A stretch of 64,000 bases of DNA from a virus: IMG/VR virus record IMGVR_UViG_3300028840_003851, one strand, 5' to 3'. The translations under genes and the position numbers were made by a program. Position 1 is the stretch's first letter; the number at the start of each line of letters is the position of its first letter. Below are positions 9,270-14,630 of the stretch, in pieces. The notes beneath the pieces were generated by a model, which was not told where the DNA came from, did no database searches, and saw only the letters and a program-made list of their open reading frames with translations.

Positions 9270-9554
9270 AGAGGCTGCGGTGTACCGCCGCGGATTAACC
9301 TCTCGCATGGGCTCCTACCAGTCCCTTAAAGGTAGGGTACGGCTCATGGCAGGTCTCCTCTTCACAATGAGGCCACATGCAAAGGGACACGCAACGACTC
9401 TGACAGCACCGCCACGTTGGGCCTTCGGCCTCTCGCGGTGCAGTCAGATTCGCCGCGCTACACCCTCCGCTAATGGTGTCTCTCGGGGCGTCAGGAGGAA
9501 GTGTAGGGCTGTGGGTTATAGGCCCCAGCGGGTTCGAGTCCCGAAACAGCCTCT
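9270..9554 (+). ncRNA. Candidate novel large structured ncRNA with a tRNA-like T-arm and a pseudoknot
   Basis: Terminal stem AGAGGCTG(9270-77)/CAGCCTCT(9547-54); T-arm CGGG-TTCGAGT-CCCG (9529-43); at least seven internal helices; loop GTCCCTT(9321-27) complementary to loop AAGGGAC(9382-88). Confidence 0.6.
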
Positions 9555-9779
9555 ATGTATAAGACAAAAGGCATGACTCAGTCCGAGCTCTCCGAGCTCG
9601 GACTGATTGCTGGGTACCACATAGTACCCAGCAACCCCCCACGCCTCCCGCGTGGGGAGCTAACACCGGCCTGCGAGTGTGAGTCGGACCACTGGGTCCG
9701 ACTATTCGGCCCATGGTACGTCTGCCCCCTCTGCGGGGCAGCTCCTGCTGAAGGGCACGAGCCACTCGTATGCAGGTAA
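9555..9779 (+). CDS. Small Zn-ribbon protein (74 aa)
   Basis: CECxxxH and CPLCG motifs; ATG directly follows the ncRNA terminal stem. Confidence 0.6.
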   Translation: MYKTKGMTQSELSELGLIAGYHIVPSNPPRLPRGELTPACECESDHWVRLFGPWYVCPLCGAAPAEGHEPLVCR

Positions 9780-9810
9780 GGGTAATGGGAGCTCCCCTAT
9801 GAGAGCGCCC

Positions 9811-9855
9811 CGTCCAAGCTGAGACGTTAAACCAGCTTTTCTTAGCTCCTTAAAA
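9811..9855 (+). repeat. Conserved intergenic module, copy a (truncated)
   Basis: CGTC-CAAGCTGA-GACG hairpin, then TTAAAC, then TTTTCTTAGCTCC. Confidence 0.7.
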
Positions 9856-9892
9856 GTACGCTCAAGAATAGGTAATAAGAATAGTGAAGGAG
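9852..9892 (+). promoter_or_regulatory. Putative phage promoter plus RBS
   Basis: AAAA(9852)...ATAAG(9875); AAGGAG at 9887-9892. Confidence 0.5.
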
Positions 9893-9940
9893 ACCACAGA
9901 CACGTGCAAAGGTTGTGCGCTGCTCTAGTGGTTCAAGAAA

Positions 9941-11113
9941 ATGTCGAACATCACTTCCAACATCACCACCATCACCACCATCAGCACAACCGCAACCATA
10001 ATCAACACCCCGGTGGTAGTCGACCGCCGGGAGGGGGAGGAGGACCGAAGGGTCCTCGAGGTGGTTGGGGACGTAAGGGATGAGGAGGAGATTGAAAATC
10101 TCCTCCTCATTGTGGACGCGTTGATGGAGGGGAGGGAGGAGGTGGTTCCTGCCCTCCTCCCGGAGGGGTGGGAGTACAACGACGGGTACTTCCCACCCCG
10201 TATCGACACCACGTGGGAATCCCCGACCTCCCCGCTCCCCCCTATGGGAGCGGTGAAGGATTACCTGAACGAAATCCGGGTATCCATCCAAAACTATCCC
10301 CCGAGTGATGAGGTTGCCCGGGCCGTAATGGCTTGGGCCGAGACCCTCCCAGAGGGTAGGGGGAGGCGACTGGTGGGGGGAGCCCAAGCGGGCTCCGGGC
10401 ACATAGCCCTACTCGATGGATGGAACGCCTACCAGCGAGAAGGGTGTGACTGGGTGAGCGTAGAGTTCGAGTTCCCTCCCGTCGAGGAGGTAATAGGGGC
10501 TCTGCGCGCCCTGCGTCCCGGGAGGTACGATAGGGAGGAGGTTGCCGTTCTCGGCAATCGGTTCTCCAGGCTACCCTGGGGATCGATTGAGGGGATGCCC
10601 GGATGGTTCATCCAGGACAGGGCAAAAGGGGACTGGTCGTCCCCTTACAGGGAGCGGACATTGTGCCTCCACCGAGTACCGGTAGTGACCATGGAGTACT
10701 GCACCTCCCTGATGCCCTTCAGGACCTTGGAGCTCCAGGTGTTCTCCGTGGAGGAGGGTAAGGCCCTCCGCCAGAGGGAGAAGGAGGAGAACCGCGCCAG
10801 TGCCCGAGAGTACGCAGACTCTAGGGCCCAGGCTAGGGACCTTCTCCTAGCAGGGGCGGAGCTGCAGTACTTTCCCGGGCAGATGGGAGGGGTGCTGTAC
10901 TTTGAGGGCCTGCAAAGGTATGTCTCCGCTCACGGCGCCCTGCGGGGGCTCCTCCCGGATGTCGAGGTGGCAGAGCTGCTGTATAAGGCGGCGCAGGAGG
11001 ACGCACCTCGCTGGATACGACTCCCACGGAAGCCCACTATACCAAAGTGGGTGGGGAAGAAGGCGGGGAGGTCCGCCGAAGCAGACATAGAGGAGGGGCT
11101 GGCTGAGCTCTAA
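9941..11113 (+). CDS. Hypothetical protein (390 aa) with a Thr/Ile low-complexity N-terminus
   Basis: Long ORF with natural composition; no family recognised. Confidence 0.7.
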   Translation: MSNITSNITTITTISTTATIINTPVVVDRREGEEDRRVLEVVGDVRDEEEIENLLLIVDALMEGREEVVPALLPEGWEYNDGYFPPRIDTTWESPTSPLPPMGAVKDYLNEIRVSIQNYPPSDEVARAVMAWAETLPEGRGRRLVGGAQAGSGHIALLDGWNAYQREGCDWVSVEFEFPPVEEVIGALRALRPGRYDREEVAVLGNRFSRLPWGSIEGMPGWFIQDRAKGDWSSPYRERTLCLHRVPVVTMEYCTSLMPFRTLELQVFSVEEGKALRQREKEENRASAREYADSRAQARDLLLAGAELQYFPGQMGGVLYFEGLQRYVSAHGALRGLLPDVEVAELLYKAAQEDAPRWIRLPRKPTIPKWVGKKAGRSAEADIEEGLAEL

Positions 11114-11196
11114 AGGCCAGCCCCTTCCCTCCCCAGTGGTCGTGGCAAAGCCACTGGGGAGACACCGATGTGTCTGGCAAGCACATGGTGTAACCT

Positions 11197-11277
11197 CGTC
11201 CTCAGCTGAAGGACGTTAAGCAGAGCGCACAAGCTCTTCGGCACGGGACCATTAATGGTCCTTTTTAGTACCGTAAA
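11197..11277 (+). repeat. Conserved intergenic module, copy b (three hairpins ending in an intrinsic terminator)
   Basis: CGTCC/GGACG, TTAAGC, GAGC-GCACAA-GCTC, GGACC-ATTAAT-GGTCC-TTTTTAG-TACCGTAAA. Confidence 0.8.
11246..11266 (+). terminator. Intrinsic terminator
   Basis: GGACC/GGTCC stem followed by T5. Confidence 0.65.
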
Positions 11278-11301
11278 ATAATACGTAAAATCGAGCATAA
11301 G
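11275..11301 (+). promoter_or_regulatory. Putative phage promoter, possibly giving a leaderless mRNA
   Basis: AAAA(11275)...ATAAG(11297); ATG 11311 follows 9 nt later with no SD. Confidence 0.45.
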
Positions 11302-11310
11302 AGTAATGGT

Positions 11311-11604
11311 ATGAAATACAACCGCGACTGCAGCGTGTGCCTCAGTGAGAGGCGCAACCCATTCAGTCATGAATGGGACTGCGTCGCGGGTCCAGAGTGC
11401 CCGGAGTGCCATAAGTGCTCCGGGGTAATATTCGACACACAGTACAAGTCGGTAGACGGAAAATACTACTGGCGGGAGTACTATGTCGAGCCCCATGGCC
11501 GCATGGGGAACAGAAGCTACAACGACGACTACCGAGTCGGGTACTTCTGCTCATGCGGCTGGGAGTACTCCAGACCCCGGCGTAGGAAGAAGGATGATGA
11601 GTAA
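11311..11604 (+). CDS. Cys-rich Zn-binding protein (97 aa)
   Basis: CSVC, CPECHKC and CSCG motifs; basic C-terminus. Confidence 0.7.
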   Translation: MKYNRDCSVCLSERRNPFSHEWDCVAGPECPECHKCSGVIFDTQYKSVDGKYYWREYYVEPHGRMGNRSYNDDYRVGYFCSCGWEYSRPRRRKKDDE

Positions 11605-11622
11605 GGGAGCTCTCAAGTCCCA

Positions 11623-11702
11623 CGTCTAAGCTGTGAGACGTTAAACCATGGGCGCAACAGCCCTACCAGCACGGACCTCATGGTCCTTTTTAGCTCCGTA
11701 AA
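11623..11702 (+). repeat. Conserved intergenic module, copy c
   Basis: CGTCT/AGACG, TTAAAC, GGGC-GCAACA-GCCC, GGACC-TCAT-GGTCC-TTTTTAG-CTCCGTAAA. Confidence 0.8.
11673..11691 (+). terminator. Intrinsic terminator
   Basis: GGACC/GGTCC stem followed by T5. Confidence 0.65.
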
Positions 11703-11734
11703 CAGGGTTCTCTCTGCGGTGCTACACTGTATGC

Positions 11735-12022
11735 ATGAAGGACGAGGAGCTGGAGGCCATCAAGGAGCGCCTCAAAGAGACAGACAACAGAGCAGCCTCC
11801 CTAGGGGTCTACTCCCAGACGACGAACGACATGCGCGCCCTCATCCAAGAGATAGAGGTCTTGCGCAGGCGACAAGCCCTGTTAGCTGCTGTCGTAGACG
11901 CTGCAGTAAGACTTTGGTCGGTAGGAGCCGGTCTTCTCCGTACCTCGCTTAAGGACCTGCACGACCGATGGCCCAACTGGCAGAGCGAGACATCCCGCAG
12001 GAGCGGCAAGAAGGAGGACTAG
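11735..12022 (+). CDS. Coiled-coil hypothetical protein (95 aa)
   Basis: Stop abuts the next start (TAG-ATG). Confidence 0.65.
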   Translation: MKDEELEAIKERLKETDNRAASLGVYSQTTNDMRALIQEIEVLRRRQALLAAVVDAAVRLWSVGAGLLRTSLKDLHDRWPNWQSETSRRSGKKED

Positions 12023-12385
12023 ATGGAGGAGAAGCTAGCCGTAGAGCTCATCAAGACCGTCCCCCTAGTAGGAGTTCTGTTCTGCGCGCTAACCCTAATA
12101 TGGAGAAGACTTATTGCTGTTCAGGATAAGCACGACACATACCTTAAGGAGAACGCTGACAAGCTCACTATGCATACAGACAAGCTCCGCGAGGCCATAA
12201 CAAACAATACACACGCCAACCAGAGCGTAGCTAAGGGGCTAGCAGAGCTACGTAGGTCAAACGAGCTGTTGGCGCGAGAGGTGATGGAGCTCCGCCTGGA
12301 GCATAGGTCCCCGTCCACTAGACCCCTTATTGACTCCTCTAGGCCCCCACTAGAGTCGGGACACAGAATCTACACGGAGGAGTGA
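12023..12385 (+). CDS. Single-TM coiled-coil protein (BhlA/UviB holin-like topology)
   Basis: N-terminal TM VPLVGVLFCALTLIW followed by a charged helix. The resemblance to BhlA-type holins is by eye only. Confidence 0.5.
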   Translation: MEEKLAVELIKTVPLVGVLFCALTLIWRRLIAVQDKHDTYLKENADKLTMHTDKLREAITNNTHANQSVAKGLAELRRSNELLAREVMELRLEHRSPSTRPLIDSSRPPLESGHRIYTEE

Positions 12386-12630
12386 TGAAGAGCTTCATCT
12401 ACCTCCTATTTGGGGAGCTGAGCAAAGTAACGCCTGAGGAGAAGAGGCTGCATGACGCTTGGGACAAGCTAGGGGAGGCGAACGACGAGATTAACAATAA
12501 CCTGGATAGACTGGAGGGGGCTATACGTAAGGCCAGGAAGCAGGGCGCCCAGGCTGCGCAGGAGATACTCGATGGAGAAGAGGCCAGGCAAAGAGGAGAG
12601 CAAGACGGAGAATGCGCGAAGGAGAGTTAG
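12382..12630 (+). CDS. Small coiled-coil protein (82 aa)
   Basis: Start overlaps the upstream stop (GTGA); helical heptads. Confidence 0.65.
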   Translation: MMKSFIYLLFGELSKVTPEEKRLHDAWDKLGEANDEINNNLDRLEGAIRKARKQGAQAAQEILDGEEARQRGEQDGECAKES

Positions 12631-13114
12631 GGCCGTCAGCTCTAACATCCAGCTCGCCGCCACCAGCAAAGCAAGCTACTGGTCTGAGCCCATGGCTAAG
12701 CTGGCTGCCGCCTTTGACGAGGTGTGTCACGTATCCTTAGAGGTTACGGACGAGATACGAAGGTCGCAGGAGGTTAACGCCAAGATGGTTGTTCTGGCGC
12801 GTGACCTTACACGTAGGGCACACACAGTGACAATTGCCGTGTGCCTCTTCGTTTTGGCAAACCTTTTCCTGACCGCCCTTCTGTACTACCAATCTGCAAG
12901 GAAGCTAGACGAGATACAGCGGGGACAAGTGGCTAAGAGCCACAGCCACCCGGCTTACCTAACGAGCAGGGACCTACCGCCGCCGCCCCCTACCGTTACT
13001 GTGACCGTAACGGTGAGCAGCAAAGCTCCCCTGAGGCACCCTGTCCGTAGACCTCCTGCTGTAGCCCCCAAGCCTACCGCGTCTTCGCCTAAGCCGACTC
13101 CAATGTTCGAGTGA
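12572..13114 (+). CDS. Membrane protein: coiled coil, one TM, Pro/Thr-rich C-terminus
   Basis: TM VTIAVCLFVLANLFLTALLYY; PPPPPTVTVTVTVSS linker. The true start may be further downstream. Confidence 0.6.
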   Translation: MEKRPGKEESKTENARRRVRAVSSNIQLAATSKASYWSEPMAKLAAAFDEVCHVSLEVTDEIRRSQEVNAKMVVLARDLTRRAHTVTIAVCLFVLANLFLTALLYYQSARKLDEIQRGQVAKSHSHPAYLTSRDLPPPPPTVTVTVTVSSKAPLRHPVRRPPAVAPKPTASSPKPTPMFE

Positions 13115-13123
13115 CAATCGATG

Positions 13124-13197
13124 TGCCCAGCGATAGGGTCGAACTCGCAGCATACCGCTTTTGAGGCGGCCTCCTCTGCCTTTTGGGCTAGCTTGGC
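13124..13197 (-). tRNA. tRNA-Leu(CAA), short variable loop, imperfect T-stem (possibly degenerate)
   Basis: GCCAAGC/GCTGGGC acceptor with one mismatch; D-loop GGCAGA; GCCGC-CTCAAAA-GCGGT anticodon arm; GAG-TTCGACC-CT T-arm with two mismatches; A73. Confidence 0.7.
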
Positions 13198-13273
13198 TGG
13201 TACCGGGAACAAGAGTCGAACTTGCACTGAGCTGGTTCTAAGCCAGCTGCCTCTGCCGTTGGGCTACCCCGGC
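13198..13273 (-). tRNA. tRNA-Leu(TAG), short variable loop, encoded CCA
   Basis: GCCGGGG/TCCCGGT; GCTGG-CTTAGAA-CCAGC; GCAAG-TTCGACT-CTTGT; A73-CCA. Confidence 0.9.
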
Positions 13274-13280
13274 AAAACCT

Positions 13281-13360
13281 TGGGATGCTCCGGGCATCGA
13301 ACCCGGACGATAGACATCATGAATTCTGTTGTGCGTCGTCTACCGGCCCTAGCACATCCC
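13281..13360 (-). pseudogene. tRNA-like element with intact acceptor and T arms but no canonical anticodon arm
   Basis: GGGATGT/GCATCCC-A and TCCGGG-TTCGATG-CCCGGA (7+6 bp); D and anticodon regions do not fold canonically. Confidence 0.55.
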
Positions 13361-13368
13361 TAAGGCAG

Positions 13369-13437
13369 CTGAGTATGAGGGAATCGAACCCCCTTCTTCA
13401 GGTTTGGAGCCTGAGTGCCCACCATGGGCTATGCCCA
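13369..13437 (-). tRNA. tRNA-Trp(CCA), compact 69 nt with an atypical D arm
   Basis: TGGGCAT/ATACTCA-G73; 1-nt connector; GCCC-ATGGT-GGGC D arm; TCAGG-CTCCAAA-CCTGA; GGGGG-TTCGATT-CCCTC. Confidence 0.8.
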
Positions 13438-13636
13438 GTGCTACCCCAAAGTGCCATTTTGGCCCTTTGGGGAGTAGTAAAACCCTGGTTTTGAGTACAG
13501 GACCAGGAACCTACTCCACCCCAGACCTGTTTGCCGTGGACAGCCTTCGGGTCCGGGTACCCGCCATCGATGGGTAATGCTTGGGAGCCAGCTCCGCTGG
13601 ACTTACCTTCACCGCCGTGCAAGCGGCTAGACCCGG
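13438..13636 (-). ncRNA. Candidate structured RNA embedded in the tRNA array
   Basis: Helices CCGC/GCGG, CCAGC/GCTGG, TACCC/GGGTA, GGAGTAG/CTACTCC, CCTGGT/ACCAGG and CCAAAG/CTTTGG in 199 nt. Confidence 0.5.
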
Positions 13637-13718
13637 TGGACAGTGATGGAATCGAACCACGCGCCTCACAGCAGCTGGGTTACAGCCAGCCCAGTCTCCA
13701 AGACTGTATGCACCGTCC
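13637..13718 (-). tRNA. tRNA-Tyr(GTA) with an 8-bp acceptor, 4-bp T stem and long D stem
   Basis: GGACGGTG/CACTGTCC-A73; CAGTC-TTGGA-GACTG; GCTGG-CTGTAAC-CCAGC; long V arm GCT-GTGA-GGC; GTGG-TTCGATT-CCAT. Confidence 0.85.
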
Positions 13719-13724
13719 TAAACG

Positions 13725-13754
13725 ATGAAAGGCCACCCGAGGGCGGCCTTTCAT
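13725..13754. terminator. Strong hairpin (terminator-like on both strands), 6 nt upstream of the tRNA array
   Basis: ATGAAAGGCC(13725-34)/GGCCTTTCAT(13745-54). Confidence 0.65.
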
Positions 13755-13861
13755 TCGCATATGCCTGTATCCCTCGGGCCTACATTGGGGTCCTCCAATA
13801 CTCCTCGAGGTTTGTAAACAGGCTAGTCATTGTCCTCACAATAGCGAAGATGCGAAGGATG

Positions 13862-14230
13862 TCAACCTCTGACATCCTTCCCCACCTTTTTTAGGTACTC
13901 GTTCAGCTTGTCCGGGTCATCAAGGAGCTCTTTGACGTCCTCCTTCTGCTCGTCGGTGACCTTCTTGACCTCCTCCTCGTGCCTCTCCTCGACCTCCTGA
14001 ACCTTCTTATCGTGCTCCTCCTCGGCCTTGCGGACGTCCTCGTCGTGCTTCTCCTTGATGCGAATACGCTCCTTCTCTGCCTCAATCTCCTCCTCTGAGG
14101 GGCCTGATGGCGTAGGAGCTCGCCGCTGGGAAACAGCTGTGATGATACCTACAACGATGCCGACGGGGAACAGGATGTACTTCCAGTACCGCTTGAGCCA
14201 CGCCCACACCTTCTTCAGAAAGAGCATCAT
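13862..14230 (-). CDS. N-terminal TM + charged coiled-coil protein (i-spanin-like topology)
   Basis: WAWLKRYWKYILFPVGIVVGIITAV followed by EEHDKKVQEVEERHEEEV repeats. A 10-bp hairpin (13854-13878) spans the stop codon. Confidence 0.65.
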   Translation of the reverse strand: MMLFLKKVWAWLKRYWKYILFPVGIVVGIITAVSQRRAPTPSGPSEEEIEAEKERIRIKEKHDEDVRKAEEEHDKKVQEVEERHEEEVKKVTDEQKEDVKELLDDPDKLNEYLKKVGKDVRG

Positions 14231-14619
14231 TCATTCTTCTCTGTGGGGTTGGTAGCCGTCGTTAGCTCCTCCTCACTCTTCAGCCCAGCCTTCTTGAGGA
14301 TGAGCATCTTCAGAATCTTGTAGAGCATCGACGACAGGGAGCCAATGACCATCCCATACACCACAGCCACCTGATAGCTCTCGATGCCTGAGGGAAGAAC
14401 AGAGGTACCCTTTAGCGCAGCACCCACACACCCACCAATAGTGATTGGGATGAGGTACAGAAACACCTGATTCCACCACCTAGAGAAGGTTGTCTTGTAG
14501 GGCTTCTCCTTTAGATGTGGTTGAGCTGTCTCTACAATCTTTCGGATGCCCAACGTGATGACGTAGCAGCCAGCCCCAAACAGAGCTAACCAGACTATCT
14601 CTCCTAACAGCTTATCCAC
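14227..14619 (-). CDS. Holin-like membrane protein (3 predicted TM)
   Basis: Three hydrophobic segments and a charged C-terminus; follows the tailspike gene. Confidence 0.55.
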   Translation of the reverse strand: MDKLLGEIVWLALFGAGCYVITLGIRKIVETAQPHLKEKPYKTTFSRWWNQVFLYLIPITIGGCVGAALKGTSVLPSGIESYQVAVVYGMVIGSLSSMLYKILKMLILKKAGLKSEEELTTATNPTEKNE

Positions 14620-14630
14620 GACTACTCCTT

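Noticed and set aside
9490-9512. RNase P (GAGGAAAGTCC-like) or SRP helix-8 (TCAGG...AGGAAG) motif
   Set aside because: The match is partial, sits at the wrong end for RNase P, lacks the SRP tetraloop stem, and these bases pair with CCTCC/CTACAC instead.
9270-9554. tmRNA (ssrA)
   Set aside because: No G3-U70 Ala identity pair and no CCA. The acceptor and T stems are separated by extra bases. None of the three frames gives a tag ending in a hydrophobic Ala-Ala-type degron.
9270-9554. tRNA interrupted by a group I intron
   Set aside because: No recognisable P/Q/R/S core, and joining plausible exons leaves a variable region of more than 50 nt.
9842-11496. Minus-strand ORFs 9842-10402, 9925-10212 and 11110-11496
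   Set aside because: They are antisense shadows of the plus-strand genes and cross the structured intergenic elements.
9787-11702. CRISPR array or canonical integron attC array
   Set aside because: The repeats are degenerate and separated by whole genes of unequal length. There are no cas genes, no proper inverse core RYYYAAC and no integrase in the window.
13281-13360. tRNA-Sec or tRNA-His
   Set aside because: The TCA triplet is not in a stem-closed 7-nt loop, there is no 6-bp D stem or long V arm, and there is no GTG anticodon.
13470-13615. Minimal RNase P RNA or twister ribozyme in the tRNA spacer
   Set aside because: GAAGGTAAGTCC and TCCCAAGC resemble the conserved boxes, but the RNase P P4 pairing and the twister P4/T1 pairings cannot be formed.
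13780-13830. 16-codon ORF MTSLFTNLEEYWRTPM upstream of the tRNA array (minus strand)
   Set aside because: The SD-like GAGGA is only 2 nt from the ATG, and there is no other support.
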